Made by a program: the position numbers and the translations under genes. From the NCBI GenBank assembly GCA_963790025.1, contig CAWBMP010000002.1, forward strand, positions 1 to 64,000: a DNA stretch of 64,000 nucleotides, in the 5' to 3' direction. Shown here piece after piece: positions 18,645 through 29,888 of this stretch. Under the pieces are notes generated by a model. That model was not told the origin of the DNA. It did no database searches and saw only the letters and a list, made by a program, of their open reading frames with translations. The DNA comes from Nitrospirota bacterium. GTDB taxonomy: Bacteria; Nitrospirota; Thermodesulfovibrionia; Thermodesulfovibrionales; Dissulfurispiraceae. Each line of letters opens with the position of its first letter. The stretch's first letter is position 1.

Positions 18645-21398
18645 TCATCCTCCCCCCAACAAAAACATCAATACGTATATAAGTGCCAGAACCAGGACAG
18701 GCCAGTAGTGCCTGGCAGTCTGCCTCAGCGGCTTATCACTACCTCCCTGTGCCCTGAGCATCTTGCCATTTATAGTTGCGGAACCCACGACGCCGAGGAC
18801 CACCAAAAACACCTGTAGGGTCTTTACAGTCAACGGCGAGGCGCTGGCGCTGGGAAGTTCTGCTGACATCCCCAGTTGTCTTCCAATAACAGGAAGGAGT
18901 TGTCCGCCCATGACAAACAGTTTTTCGAGGTGAAATCCTGCTTCGCAGGCGAAGGCCAGGGGCAACAAAACGTAGACAATCCTGTACTGTCCTATATGAG
19001 CCCCGGAGTTGTTTCTGCCGAAGACCATCCGTCCCGCAAATATAGCGTAAAACACTGCCAGAATTATAGAGCCGGAGATAAGCAGGAAAGTGCCGAGCCA
19101 CGTAGTTTCCATCCCGACATTAAACAATCCTGAGGACCGGACATATTCAATCCCACGAAATAGCTGTGTTCCTATGAGAGTTATGCCGAGGGCGGCCAAG
19201 CTTTTTTCGGGAGTATGCACGGACCAGAGATCATAGCCCGGAAGCCTTAAATTCAGCACCGGCGAGCGGTTAGGACAGGTCTTTACGCAAGATCCGCAAA
19301 GGACACAGTTTTGGTTCGAGTTTAATGAAAAGGGCCCCTCGAACATGGGACATCCTTCACGCCGCTCATTACCGGTGTAACAGTCGTGCTTCGTACAGTT
19401 ATAGTTGCAGATGCCGTAATTAGAGCGAAGCTCAAGGACCGAACAATTAGACAATAGACCCACCATTCCGCCGAGCGGACAGAGATAACGGCACCAGGCA
19501 CTTCTTTGAAATAGAAAGCCTGTTACAGCGGCCAGCACAGTAATGGATAGTACCAGCATGGCCGTGGCACGGGGGGAACTGAGCATACCGCTGGCTGCCT
19601 CGGTCCAGAAAATAATAGCTATACCGGCCGCAATTATGTAAAAGCCATAATTCCGTATGAACGGGGGGACACTCAGATTTAAGCCTGCTAAACGTCTAAT
19701 AAGGACGCTCAAAGCGCCCAAGGGGCAGACGCTGCACCACACACGGGCCGCGAAGAAGGCGCTAAGTATCAGAAGCGGTTCCCAAAGGCCCCATGTCAGT
19801 ATCAGCGCGGCGTTACGGTCGGGGTCCTGCGGTCCGAAGAGACCCAGACCGATAATCAAGGCAATGAAAGGAGCGGTGAGCAACAGGGCGGCTTTTGGAT
19901 AAAGCCTGCTTTGAAAAATCTTCATCACAGACTCGATATTCAGCAGGTTGAAGGTGAACTTCCCGGTTACAGGCGGCGGACCGATGAACAGGTCTTCCGA
20001 CGTGAGCTTGTCGCCTCCGGCGATACTGACGGCCCTGCGGATGACAACCCTCAGTTCTTCCGTATTTCCGGGCCACTCGTAACCCATAATGGATTTATAT
20101 GCCGCCTCGTCAATTCCTGTTACGTTCTTGCCCACCTGCCTGTTGCTCCGCTTGATGAGCTCATCCACGATCTGACCGATGTCTTTTTTCCTTTTCCTCA
20201 GCGGAGGCACGGTAAGGGTCTGTGCCGAGACAAGGCCGTTCAGACGCCTGTCAAACCCACCGACCGCTGCCAGGGCTGTCAGGTCTGCACTTGATGTCGC
20301 GATAATTCTTGCGTCTGCATGGAGCACTTCCTTTTCTCCAACAGCGCGGAACCAGCCTTTTTCTATATAATCCGCCAGCAGTTCCTGGACCCGCGGCGCA
20401 AGGTATTCTATATTCTCGATTACGACCATGCCTCCGCTCGCCATGGTTAAAAGCCCAACCCGGCTGTCCGGCGCGAAGGGCAGAGCGTTATGACCCCGGC
20501 CAAAAAGTGTGCCGGCCTGGATCATCTCGATAAAGAGGGGATCGCTTTTGTTAACTCCGCTGGCCTCCGGACAGTCCACGGTCTTTGCGTTAATACCCAT
20601 GAAGAAACTCTCGGAGTCTTTCCCCAACTCATGTATCAGGCCCGCCACATCAAACATTTCGGTACCCGGCTCTCCCACAACAAGCGCTGGTCCGTCGTTC
20701 CCCGCAATATTCTCTATTTCGGAAAGCAGCTTCAGTACTGCCCGGCTGTTGCCGATCAGCATAGGCTCTTCCCTCCTTAACTGCTCCGAGATGAATTGCC
20801 TGTAGGCCGTTTCGGCCGAGGATGTTTCCACTATGCGCCTGTTCCCCCTTATAACCCTCTCCGACAACGTCCTGGCGCAGGTCCTCGCCGCTACAGGATC
20901 CGAGAAGACCGCCTTTAAAAAGGCATCTTTGGGGATTAGTATCAGGCTTGTAATCTCCATCGTCTCCACCGAAGCGGAGCGAGGCTCATCAGTAAGCAGC
21001 GCGGTCTCGCCAAAGCCCTCGCCCGGCCCAAGGGTGGAAAATGTGACGTCGTCACCTCCATCTCCGTCCCTGTGGAAACTCACGGATCCGGAGGCGATGA
21101 CATAATAAGCAGTGCCCTTGTCAGAATGCCTGTAGACTATTTCGCCGGCCGGCAATACTACGTTCTCTGACACCGCCGCAAGCTCTGCAAGTGTCTCAGG
21201 AGGCAGCGACTTGAACAAATCTACCCTGCGCAAGACGTCATCCCAAACCCTCTGCAGGCATTCTTCCCGAACTGCGTTATCGAGGTCGTGGTTTTCAATG
21301 ACTATGCGGCCCAGGCCCTTGTAAGTGCCCTGCCTGGCAAGCTGTGCCTGGAGCTGCAAGACTCTGTCGGTCGTCAAGGTATTGTCCGATTGCTTCAT
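18645..21398 (-). CDS. cNMP-binding + degenerate sigma54-type AAA + membrane 4Fe-4S (NapH/YccM-like) protein
   Basis: cNMP FGETALL...PRSASV; AAA-like ARIIATS, VPPLRKRKKDI, YEWPGN; TM region with WCSVCPLG, WCRYLCPLG, CVLCGSCVKTCP. Confidence 0.85.
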   Translation of the reverse strand: MKQSDNTLTTDRVLQLQAQLARQGTYKGLGRIVIENHDLDNAVREECLQRVWDDVLRRVDLFKSLPPETLAELAAVSENVVLPAGEIVYRHSDKGTAYYVIASGSVSFHRDGDGGDDVTFSTLGPGEGFGETALLTDEPRSASVETMEITSLILIPKDAFLKAVFSDPVAARTCARTLSERVIRGNRRIVETSSAETAYRQFISEQLRREEPMLIGNSRAVLKLLSEIENIAGNDGPALVVGEPGTEMFDVAGLIHELGKDSESFFMGINAKTVDCPEASGVNKSDPLFIEMIQAGTLFGRGHNALPFAPDSRVGLLTMASGGMVVIENIEYLAPRVQELLADYIEKGWFRAVGEKEVLHADARIIATSSADLTALAAVGGFDRRLNGLVSAQTLTVPPLRKRKKDIGQIVDELIKRSNRQVGKNVTGIDEAAYKSIMGYEWPGNTEELRVVIRRAVSIAGGDKLTSEDLFIGPPPVTGKFTFNLLNIESVMKIFQSRLYPKAALLLTAPFIALIIGLGLFGPQDPDRNAALILTWGLWEPLLILSAFFAARVWCSVCPLGALSVLIRRLAGLNLSVPPFIRNYGFYIIAAGIAIIFWTEAASGMLSSPRATAMLVLSITVLAAVTGFLFQRSAWCRYLCPLGGMVGLLSNCSVLELRSNYGICNYNCTKHDCYTGNERREGCPMFEGPFSLNSNQNCVLCGSCVKTCPNRSPVLNLRLPGYDLWSVHTPEKSLAALGITLIGTQLFRGIEYVRSSGLFNVGMETTWLGTFLLISGSIILAVFYAIFAGRMVFGRNNSGAHIGQYRIVYVLLPLAFACEAGFHLEKLFVMGGQLLPVIGRQLGMSAELPSASASPLTVKTLQVFLVVLGVVGSATINGKMLRAQGGSDKPLRQTARHYWPVLVLALIYVLMFLLGGG

Positions 21399-21449
21399 TA
21401 TTAATATTAGAAAAGACTATAAGATAAGGTCAATGATCAACAGGATCTT

Positions 21450-22166
21450 TTAGATATATTCCAGCAGCAATTGCTGTGCTTTTTCGGAAGCGGCGCGGAT
21501 GTCTGAGGGTTCAAGCGGTATCGCCTCCCGGTTGCCTATTACATTGCTGATTCCCCTGATCTCAGACACGGTTATGTTGTTAAGGGCGCAGATATGTGCG
21601 ACTGCAGCACCTTCCATATTTTCGCATATCGCGTTAAACCGGCGTTCCATGTCTATTGCCCTGTCCCGTGAGCCGGTACAGGTGGAAACGCTGACAAAAT
21701 TGCCCTTTAACTTATTGGTCCTGAATGCTTCAGGGACAAACAGGGGAAATTTATTATAGTATTCTATCCCGCGGACAGAAATCAGCGGCAGTCCGAGTGC
21801 CTCAATTGTGTGAAACCCACTTTCAGTGACTATGCCTTCATCACCGTAGCATTCATTCTCCGCAACCACGGTATCGCCTATGTGCAAACCGGAACCGGGA
21901 TACGCGCCCGCAATCCCGACACTGTAAACATAGTCGGGTCCGAACCGTTCCAGCAGGAGTGTTGTCCCGTGAGCAGCATTGGTCTTCCCCACACCGCAAA
22001 TGCAGATAACAGCGCGAGTCCTCCCCTTAAGCACACCTGAGAAAAAAGATTTGTGCTGAATTGTCAGGATATCTTTACGATCGAGATCCGTGAGCAACAG
22101 GTCCGCTTCGCCAGGCGTAGAAACAACGATCCCAACAGAGTTAGTTCTCTTTCTCTTCGAGAACAT
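21450..22166 (-). CDS. mqnB: Futalosine hydrolase (PNP/UDP phosphorylase family)
   Basis: CGVGKTNAA, GIAGAY, VSTCTG, ENMEGAAVA, EIRGISN..G.R. Confidence 0.8.
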   Translation of the reverse strand: MFSKRKRTNSVGIVVSTPGEADLLLTDLDRKDILTIQHKSFFSGVLKGRTRAVICICGVGKTNAAHGTTLLLERFGPDYVYSVGIAGAYPGSGLHIGDTVVAENECYGDEGIVTESGFHTIEALGLPLISVRGIEYYNKFPLFVPEAFRTNKLKGNFVSVSTCTGSRDRAIDMERRFNAICENMEGAAVAHICALNNITVSEIRGISNVIGNREAIPLEPSDIRAASEKAQQLLLEYI

Positions 22167-22617
22167 ACTTTACCTTGACGTCCATGTCCTTCCTGAGGGA
22201 ATTATAAACAGAGCAATATTTCTCATGAGACAATGACACCGCCCGGTCGATTTTTTTGGGATCAAGGTGATTTCCTGCTATATGCATAGTCATTTCAATT
22301 GCCTTGAAATACTGCGGCGGAGTTGGGTTCCTCTCGCCGACTGTAGTAATTTTAAAAGAAGCAATCTCGACCCGCATTTTTTGCAGAAACATAACCACGT
22401 CAATACCCATGCATCCGGCAAGACTCAGCAGAAGGGCATCGGTGGGCTTGCAGCCCCACTGCACGTTGGCATCGAACTCGATCTCATATCCTTCATTGGT
22501 CCTTCCGACAAAGATGAGGTCCTTGTCCCAGGTCAGCGTAGCCTTGACAACAGGGTTTACTTTTCCCTTGTAACCTGTCAACGATTGCTCAAGAACATCT
22601 TTCTCATTACCTTCCAT
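22141..22617 (-). CDS. OsmC family protein
   Basis: LLLSLAGCMGIDV and SHEKYCSV; ATG 22617 has AGGAG RBS. Confidence 0.85.
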   Translation of the reverse strand: MEGNEKDVLEQSLTGYKGKVNPVVKATLTWDKDLIFVGRTNEGYEIEFDANVQWGCKPTDALLLSLAGCMGIDVVMFLQKMRVEIASFKITTVGERNPTPPQYFKAIEMTMHIAGNHLDPKKIDRAVSLSHEKYCSVYNSLRKDMDVKVKYVLEEKEN

Positions 22618-22799
22618 ATGGATCTCCTTTGTTCTCAAAAAAATAAAACACGGCAGACACAGAGGCGTGTCTCTGTGCTTCCGCGGTTAATCATGCCGCT
22701 GATAGTTTACAATATCCAATTCGTTTTTGCGAAGGACTATATGTTAAAATTCAGGTACATGGACATTTCGACTGTTCCAATCCAACCGGACCCCTTCGC

Positions 22800-24383
22800 A
22801 TGCAAAATATAACTACCGACTTTCTCGTCATCGGCAGCGGCGTTGCAGGTCTCAGGGCCGCCATAGAACTTGCCGTCCACGGCAACGTAGTCGTGGTAAC
22901 AAAAGATATTGCCACCGAAAGCAGTACGGAATATGCCCAGGGTGGCGTGGCAGTCGTGCTGAGTGATGAAGATGAAGTGGGGATTCATTTCGAAGATACA
23001 ATAAAAGCCGGCGACGGTCTCTGCAAAGAGGAGGCAGTGCGAGTGCTCGTAGAGGAGGGACCTGAGAGGATCTCCGAACTCATTGGGTGGGGAGCTGAAT
23101 TTGACCATGAGGGTACAAAACTTGCGTTTACTATGGAGGCCGCCCATTCACGCAGGAGAATACTTCACGCCCACGGCGATTCGACAGGCAAGGAACTGGA
23201 AAGGGTACTGATCAGCAAAGCCATGTCTAATAAAAATATCGAAAGACTGCCTTTCAGTACGGCAGTTGACCTCATTATTGAGGGGGACACGTGCAAAGGC
23301 GGATGTGTAATAAGCGCGAACGACAGCCTTTACATAAACGCAAAATCGACTTTACTGGCTACCGGAGGGGCGGGACAGATATTCTCAAGAACGACAAACC
23401 CTGCTGTGGCAACCGGCGACGGCATGGCAATCGCCTACCGGGCAGGCGCCATACTCGAAGATATGGAATTTGTTCAGTTCCATCCCACAGCTCTTTTTAT
23501 ACCTTCCGCTCCTCAATTTCTGCTCAGCGAGGCCATGCGGGGTGAAGGGGCTCTCCTGAAAAACAAAAGGGGAGAACAGTTCATGAAGCATTACCATCCC
23601 AATGCGGAGCTTGCCCCCCGGGATGTGGTATCAAGGGCGATCATATCCGAGATGACCGCTACCGGTACAGACCATGTAAACCTTGATCTGAGGCACCTGG
23701 ACAGCGGATTCATAAAAAGTCGTTTCCCGAGGATTTATTCAACATGCCTGGAATACGCGATTGATATTACCAGCGATTTGGTCCCGGTTTCACCGGCAGC
23801 ACACTACATCATGGGAGGGGTAAGGACTGATACTAACGGCTGTACATCAGTGCACGGGCTGTATGCCGCCGGAGAGGTCGCCTGCACCGGTGTTCACGGG
23901 GCCAACCGGCTTGCAAGCAACAGCCTGCTTGAGGGACTAGTGTACGGATACAGGGCAGGCAGGGCAGCCGCACAGCAGCTTACGGCCGCCGGCAGGAAAT
24001 TCAATGGCACTACGGGGGGGCCCGGCTCGGGATGCCGTAAGATTCGCGAATCACGAGCTGACGTGCTCGCGGATTCAAACGGGATACGCGACACGCTGAG
24101 GAAAATCATGTGGCAGAATGTTGGTATTATACGGAGCAAAGCGTCGCTCGACAAAGCGCTGGAGCACCTTTCCGAATGGAAGTTTATTCTCGATATGGAC
24201 TTTGCTTCACGGGGCGATCTGGAATTGAAAAACATGATTGGCGTTGCCTTCATCATTGCGGAGGCGGCATTAAGAAGAAAGGAAAGTATAGGCGCCCATT
24301 ACCGCTCTGACTACCCGTCAAAAGGCAGCGGCCGCCTGGAACACAGCACCAGTCAGAAAGAGCGTGTGCCGGCTAAAAGGTAA
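22800..24383 (+). CDS. nadB: L-aspartate oxidase
   Basis: GSGVAG, YAQGGVA, EAAHSRRRILHA, QFHPT, SEAMRGEG, HGANRLASNSLLE. Confidence 0.95.
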   Translation: MQNITTDFLVIGSGVAGLRAAIELAVHGNVVVVTKDIATESSTEYAQGGVAVVLSDEDEVGIHFEDTIKAGDGLCKEEAVRVLVEEGPERISELIGWGAEFDHEGTKLAFTMEAAHSRRRILHAHGDSTGKELERVLISKAMSNKNIERLPFSTAVDLIIEGDTCKGGCVISANDSLYINAKSTLLATGGAGQIFSRTTNPAVATGDGMAIAYRAGAILEDMEFVQFHPTALFIPSAPQFLLSEAMRGEGALLKNKRGEQFMKHYHPNAELAPRDVVSRAIISEMTATGTDHVNLDLRHLDSGFIKSRFPRIYSTCLEYAIDITSDLVPVSPAAHYIMGGVRTDTNGCTSVHGLYAAGEVACTGVHGANRLASNSLLEGLVYGYRAGRAAAQQLTAAGRKFNGTTGGPGSGCRKIRESRADVLADSNGIRDTLRKIMWQNVGIIRSKASLDKALEHLSEWKFILDMDFASRGDLELKNMIGVAFIIAEAALRRKESIGAHYRSDYPSKGSGRLEHSTSQKERVPAKR

Positions 24384-24449
24384 GCAACAGGAAGAACACC
24401 GATGGCGAAAGGCCAAGGTCAAAAGGCGAAAGGCTAAGAAGGAGAGTTC

Positions 24450-25859
24450 ATGAGAAAAGCAAAAATTGTCTGCACTATTGGGCCCTCAACAAATACGCAT
24501 AAAATGATACGTTCCCTCATCAGAAATGGCATGGATGTCGCCAGGCTGAACTTCTCGCACGGCGATCATCAAACACACGGCAACTTGGTATCCCTTATTC
24601 GCGGGGAATCCCGGAGGCAAAAAAAAGTGGTTTCCATTCTCCAGGACCTCCAGGGAATAAAGATACGGCTAGGAGATGTCGAAGGCGAAAAGATACTGCT
24701 TAAGACAGGCCAGGAAGTCTCCATCTTTCCCGGCAGAGACATAAGCACCCAACAAAAGTTATTCATATCATATCCTGCCCTGCTTAAAGATCTTAAGGAA
24801 GGAGAGAATGTGCTCATCGACGACGGGCTGATCAAACTTTGCGTTGTTGATAAATCAGCAACGGCGCTCAGGGCTAAAGTCATAGAAGGGGGAGTGGTCA
24901 AATCGAAAAAGGGTGTCAACCTCCCCGGGTCAAAGACCTCCCTCCATGCCTTTACCGGGAAAGACCGGAAGGACCTTGAGTTCGGCCTGGCGGCGGGCGT
25001 CGATTACGTGGCTATTTCTTTTGTAAGAACGCCGGATGACATAGAGATTGTCTTGAGGTGGGCCAAAAGAAAGGGGATAACTCTTCCTCCCCTGATTGCC
25101 AAGATCGAAAAGCCGCAGGCCATAAATAACATCGACAGTATCATTGAAAAGGTTGCCGGGATCATGGTGGCAAGAGGCGATCTCGGCGTAGAGATGCCGA
25201 CTGAAAAGGTGCCGATCATCCAGAAAATGCTTATCGATCTTGCAAACAAAAAAGGTAAGCTGGTGATTACGGCCACTCAGATGCTTGAGTCGATGACACA
25301 GCATACGCGGCCGACAAGGGCAGAGGCTTCCGACGTGGCCAACGCCGTGCTTGACGGTACCGATGCACTGATGCTGACAGGAGAAACTGCATCAGGAAAA
25401 TATCCTCTTGAAGCTTGTAAAATGATGGACACTATTATCAGATATACGGAAGAGACCTTGTTCCACAAGATACAGTCACCCTATCAACCCGGTAACCGGT
25501 CCCCTGAGGCGATTGCAGACGGGGCCTGCAATGCAGCACGCGATATCGGGGCCAAGGCCATCGTAGTCTTCACACACACGGGGTTTACCGCCAGGCTTCT
25601 TGCCAAATTAAAACCTAATATTCCGGTCATCGCGTTCACTCCCGATGCAAAGACGCTGGGGCAAATGCCGCTCTATTGGGGCGTTACAGGCAAAATGATC
25701 AAAAAGGGAAGCGATAAGTTGCTCCATAGCAATTACATGGGTGATATAGAGAGATTACTCATTAAAGAGGGCATAGTAAAAAAAGGGGACAGCATCGTCT
25801 TTGTTGCAAGTTCCCCCTTCCTTGGAAAAGCGAATATTATAAGACTGCAGAAAATATAA
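24450..25859 (+). CDS. pyk: Pyruvate kinase
   Basis: KIVCTIGP, ARLNFSHG, MVARGDLGVE, ATQMLESM, PTRAE. Confidence 0.97.
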   Translation: MRKAKIVCTIGPSTNTHKMIRSLIRNGMDVARLNFSHGDHQTHGNLVSLIRGESRRQKKVVSILQDLQGIKIRLGDVEGEKILLKTGQEVSIFPGRDISTQQKLFISYPALLKDLKEGENVLIDDGLIKLCVVDKSATALRAKVIEGGVVKSKKGVNLPGSKTSLHAFTGKDRKDLEFGLAAGVDYVAISFVRTPDDIEIVLRWAKRKGITLPPLIAKIEKPQAINNIDSIIEKVAGIMVARGDLGVEMPTEKVPIIQKMLIDLANKKGKLVITATQMLESMTQHTRPTRAEASDVANAVLDGTDALMLTGETASGKYPLEACKMMDTIIRYTEETLFHKIQSPYQPGNRSPEAIADGACNAARDIGAKAIVVFTHTGFTARLLAKLKPNIPVIAFTPDAKTLGQMPLYWGVTGKMIKKGSDKLLHSNYMGDIERLLIKEGIVKKGDSIVFVASSPFLGKANIIRLQKI

Positions 25860-25959
25860 AACTGAAAGACAGGCAAAAGGCTAAGGGGAAAAGTCAAAGG
25901 CTTGAATAAAAGAAAAAGTTATGCCATTATTATGGATAAACATGTTCAGAGGATAATAC

Positions 25960-27564
25960 ATGCAGCTTTCTTTAAATAAAAAACTCTACGGTACTGTGGG
26001 AATATTCCTGGGGTTACTGATATTAATGTCAGTAATTTCTGTCTTTACCAGAAACTCACTGATCAAAGGCTATGAAATGCTCCAAAATACCGAGGGAGAA
26101 CAGGTAAGTATGGCCAAAGATGCCGGAATTCAATTAGGCTTTGCTGTACGTTCCCTAAAAAACCAGGTAATTCGCAAGGACACAAACTCGATAGACGAAT
26201 TTAAAAAGACGGCTGAATCGATAAAGGCCTTATTAAAAAAATTCGATGCCATTGCCGTCCGCGCTGAAGACAACGAAGAAAAAGACGCCGTAAGAAAAGC
26301 GAGTGAAACCTTTTCAGCCTTTGAGGGTTCCTTTGATAAAACCGTTGAGGCCAATAAAAGCAATAGCGATCTCGCCAATGTCGATAAAGTCGCTCAAGGC
26401 ACAAACCGGCCGGTTTTTGAAGCATTCGACAACCTCGATAAAATAGCCTCTAACAATCTCGCTGCCGGCAAGGCCCGTCTTCGTACGCGGTCTGACAGGT
26501 TCAGTTACATCTTCCTGATGACCACTGTTGTGGCCATTATCCTGGGCCTATTAATAAGTTCAAAAATAATCCACGGTATCATGGCCCCGATTACGTCGAT
26601 CGCCTCTGTTATGGAGAGTGCATCCAGAGGGGACCTTACGCACAATGTCCTGCTGTCCGGCAACGACGAAATAGGCCGTATGGCTGAAGGGTTCAACACA
26701 ATGATGGAGACCCTGAGGAATACAATCGGTAAGATCACCGGTTCTACCCTCACGGTTGCCAGCAGTTCCGAGGAATTGTCCGCCACTGTGACAAACATCG
26801 TTTCCGGGTTTAATGAGGAGTCCCAGCAGATAGAACAGTCCGCAACTGCCACCACCGAGGTATCACAAACCATTACTGATGTTGCAAAAAATGCTACAGA
26901 CGCATCCGACGCTGCCAGGGAATCCGTAGCGGTCGCTGTTGAAGGGAAAAAGATGGTGGATGAGACAGTAATCGGAATACGGTCCATAGCGCAGACAGTC
27001 GAAGAAACGTCGGGCACTCTTGAGGAACTGGGCAAAAGCAGCAAAGCGATCGGAGAAATCATTACTGTCATAAAGGACATTGCAGACCAGACAAATCTCC
27101 TCGCGCTTAACGCCGCCATCGAAGCGGCCCGCGCCGGAGAGCAGGGAAGAGGATTCGCAGTTGTCGCCGATGAAGTACGTAAACTTGCGGAAAAGACGAG
27201 CAAGGCAACCAGTGAGATATCGGAAATGATTAAAAAAATACAGAGTGATGCATTACAGTCTGTTTCAAGCATGCAGGCAGGCAAACTGAAAGCCGAGGAA
27301 GGGGTAAAGCTGGTTGAAGGATCGCGGGAATCGCTTGACAAAATCGTGAAGGCCTCTGATAAATGTCTTGACATGATCCAGATGATTGCCACTGCTACGG
27401 AACAGCAGTCCGCGGCGGTTGAGGAAGTGTCCGCCAATATGGAGAATATTGCGAACGTATCGAAGAAGTCCCGTGAAGCAATCAGCCAAATCAATGATAC
27501 TACCGTAGAGCTCTCGAAGCTCGCCGCTGAACTTAAGACGCTTACCGAGTGGTTCAAAACGTAA
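25960..27564 (+). CDS. Methyl-accepting chemotaxis protein
   Basis: Two [44 protein letters not shown]. Confidence 0.95.
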   Translation: MQLSLNKKLYGTVGIFLGLLILMSVISVFTRNSLIKGYEMLQNTEGEQVSMAKDAGIQLGFAVRSLKNQVIRKDTNSIDEFKKTAESIKALLKKFDAIAVRAEDNEEKDAVRKASETFSAFEGSFDKTVEANKSNSDLANVDKVAQGTNRPVFEAFDNLDKIASNNLAAGKARLRTRSDRFSYIFLMTTVVAIILGLLISSKIIHGIMAPITSIASVMESASRGDLTHNVLLSGNDEIGRMAEGFNTMMETLRNTIGKITGSTLTVASSSEELSATVTNIVSGFNEESQQIEQSATATTEVSQTITDVAKNATDASDAARESVAVAVEGKKMVDETVIGIRSIAQTVEETSGTLEELGKSSKAIGEIITVIKDIADQTNLLALNAAIEAARAGEQGRGFAVVADEVRKLAEKTSKATSEISEMIKKIQSDALQSVSSMQAGKLKAEEGVKLVEGSRESLDKIVKASDKCLDMIQMIATATEQQSAAVEEVSANMENIANVSKKSREAISQINDTTVELSKLAAELKTLTEWFKT

Positions 27565-27588
27565 TAAACTTCCTCTGCTATAAAAACT

Positions 27589-28701
27589 ATGGCTATCGGC
27601 AAAAATAAAAATCCCAATCTGGAAAAACAGCGGCAGGAAATAGATGCAACCGACTCCGAAATTCTTGATCTCTTAAATAAAAGGGCGAATCTGGCTGTTG
27701 AGATAGCCAAAATAAAAAGGGAGGCTAATCTCAAATTTCACGCACCGGAGCGTGAGAAGGCAATCATAACGCGCATCATGTCATTGAACAAGGGGCCGTT
27801 CCCCAATGACGCGTTGAAAGTCATATTCAGGGAAATTATCTCGGCCTCGCTCGCGCTGGAGCAGCCCCTCAAGGTGGCATATTTCGGTCCGGAGGGGACA
27901 TTTACTCACCTCGCCGCACTACGCCATTTCGGTCATTCGGGACATTATATACCGGTGGCCACCATAAAAGGGATTTTTGATGCGGTCGAAGGGGCGGAAA
28001 CAGATTACGGCCTGGTGCCTATAGAGAATTCCAATGAAGGGGTAGTCAGTTCCACTCTCGATATGTTCATGGACTACGAGTTGAAAATATCAGCTGAAGT
28101 CCTGCTCGAGGTATCGCAGAACCTCATGTCAAAAAGCGGTGACAGAAGAAAGGTAAAAAAGATATATTCGCACCCGCAGCCTATCGCGCAATGCAAGTCA
28201 TGGCTTGAAGCAAAAATGCCAGGTATTCCCTTATATGAATCCTCCAGTACGGCAAAGGCGGCTGAGCTGGCCTCGAAGAACCCCGATGCTGCCGCAATTG
28301 CTAGTGAAATGGCCGCGCGGCTGTACGATCTCCGGTTCATCGAAAAACACATAGAAGACAGGAAAAATAATTTTACCCGTTTTCTTGTCATAGCAAAGAC
28401 ATTCCCCTCAAGGACAGGCCGGGACAAGACATCTATTTTATGTTCCGTAAAAGACAGGCCGGGCGCATTATATGACATGCTCCTTCCGTTCGGTAAAGCC
28501 CGGCTGAACCTGACAAAAATAGAATCCAGACCTTCGAAAAGAAAGGCGTGGGAGTATATTTTCTTCGTCGATATGGAAGGCCATATAGAAGATAACAAAG
28601 TTACAAAGGCACTGAATGCCGTGCGTGAGAAGTGTCTTTACCTCAAACACCTGGGGTCTTATGCTGTCAACGACAGCCTTGAGAAGCCCCTTCTGGAATA
28701 A
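27589..28701 (+). CDS. pheA: Chorismate mutase/prephenate dehydratase
   Basis: N-term CM domain; GPEGTFT, PIENSNEG, NFTRF, LTKIESRP. Confidence 0.95.
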   Translation: MAIGKNKNPNLEKQRQEIDATDSEILDLLNKRANLAVEIAKIKREANLKFHAPEREKAIITRIMSLNKGPFPNDALKVIFREIISASLALEQPLKVAYFGPEGTFTHLAALRHFGHSGHYIPVATIKGIFDAVEGAETDYGLVPIENSNEGVVSSTLDMFMDYELKISAEVLLEVSQNLMSKSGDRRKVKKIYSHPQPIAQCKSWLEAKMPGIPLYESSSTAKAAELASKNPDAAAIASEMAARLYDLRFIEKHIEDRKNNFTRFLVIAKTFPSRTGRDKTSILCSVKDRPGALYDMLLPFGKARLNLTKIESRPSKRKAWEYIFFVDMEGHIEDNKVTKALNAVREKCLYLKHLGSYAVNDSLEKPLLE

Positions 28702-28790
28702 GTGTCGGTGATTAGTGTCAGTGTCGGTAAGAAAGTCCTTCAACTGACACTGTTCACTGGGACAGACACTGAAGAGGAGGAGTAAGCGGA

Positions 28791-29888
28791 GTGATAAAGC
28801 CCAATGCTTATGTAGCCGTGATCAAGCCCTATGTACCGGGCAAACCGATAAAAGAGCTTGAGCGCGAGCTCGGCCTCAAGGAGTGCATCAAGCTGGCATC
28901 CAATGAAAACCCCATCGGTCCGTCGCCAAAAGCGCTTGCTGCGGTGAGAGAATGCCTGAAGACCGGCGGCGAGCTGAACCGCTACCCCGACGGCGGCGGC
29001 TATTACCTTAGAAACGCCCTTTCGGAAAAGCTTTCCTCCCGGGGGATGGCCGTCAGTCCTGATGAGATATTGCTCGGCAACGGCTCGAATGAGTTGCTGG
29101 ATATTGCGGTAAGAACTTTTATGGGATACGGAGACGAAGCAGTTATGGCGACCCCCTCATTTATCGTTTATTCCATGTCTGTGCAGTCGGTAAACGGGAT
29201 TTCCATACAGGTGCCGCTCGTGGAGCATAGGCATGACCTGTCAAAAATGGCCGATGCTATCACTGCCAGGACAAAAATGGTCTTTATTGCAAATCCAAAC
29301 AATCCCACCGGCACCATTAACAAAAAAGATGAATTTCAGGAATTCATGACCAGGGTCCCTCAAGGTGTCCTCGTTGTCGTTGATGAGGCATATTATGAAT
29401 ATGTAACAGACCCGGCTTATCCGGATACCATTAAGCACTTGCGCGGCAATAAAGATATTCTTATTCTGCGGACGTTCTCCAAGGCTTACGGTCTTGCCGG
29501 TTTCAGAATAGGCTATGGAATTGCCAGTAAAGAGATCCTGACCGAACTCAACAGGATCAGGATCCCGTTTAATACAACCACGCTTTCGCAAGTGGCTGCG
29601 CAGCATGCCCTGGATGATGCCGCGCACCTTGATAAATCCATTGCCGTCAACGAGGAAGGAAAGCGGTTTTTATACGGAGAACTCGGATCTCTCGGTCTTC
29701 CTTATGTTCCCACAGAAGCAAATTTTATATATCTGCCCTTGCCTGTCGACTCCGGCCCTCTTTACAACTCCCTTCTGCGTAAGGGCATCATAGTCAGGCC
29801 CATGGGGCCGAAAGAGGTGCGGATCACTATAGGACTTCCGGAAGAAAACAGGCGCTTGATAGAAGCATTAAAACAGGCAATAAGTTAA
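28791..29888 (+). CDS. hisC: Histidinol-phosphate aminotransferase
   Basis: KLASNENP, GNGSNE, NPNNPTG, DEAYYE, RTFSKAYGLAGFRIG. Confidence 0.95.
   Translation: MIKPNAYVAVIKPYVPGKPIKELERELGLKECIKLASNENPIGPSPKALAAVRECLKTGGELNRYPDGGGYYLRNALSEKLSSRGMAVSPDEILLGNGSNELLDIAVRTFMGYGDEAVMATPSFIVYSMSVQSVNGISIQVPLVEHRHDLSKMADAITARTKMVFIANPNNPTGTINKKDEFQEFMTRVPQGVLVVVDEAYYEYVTDPAYPDTIKHLRGNKDILILRTFSKAYGLAGFRIGYGIASKEILTELNRIRIPFNTTTLSQVAAQHALDDAAHLDKSIAVNEEGKRFLYGELGSLGLPYVPTEANFIYLPLPVDSGPLYNSLLRKGIIVRPMGPKEVRITIGLPEENRRLIEALKQAIS

Noticed and set aside
26505..27734. 409-aa minus-strand ORF
   Set aside because: Antisense shadow of the MCP signalling domain; the same applies to other long antisense ORFs such as 52138-53364 and 57859-58683
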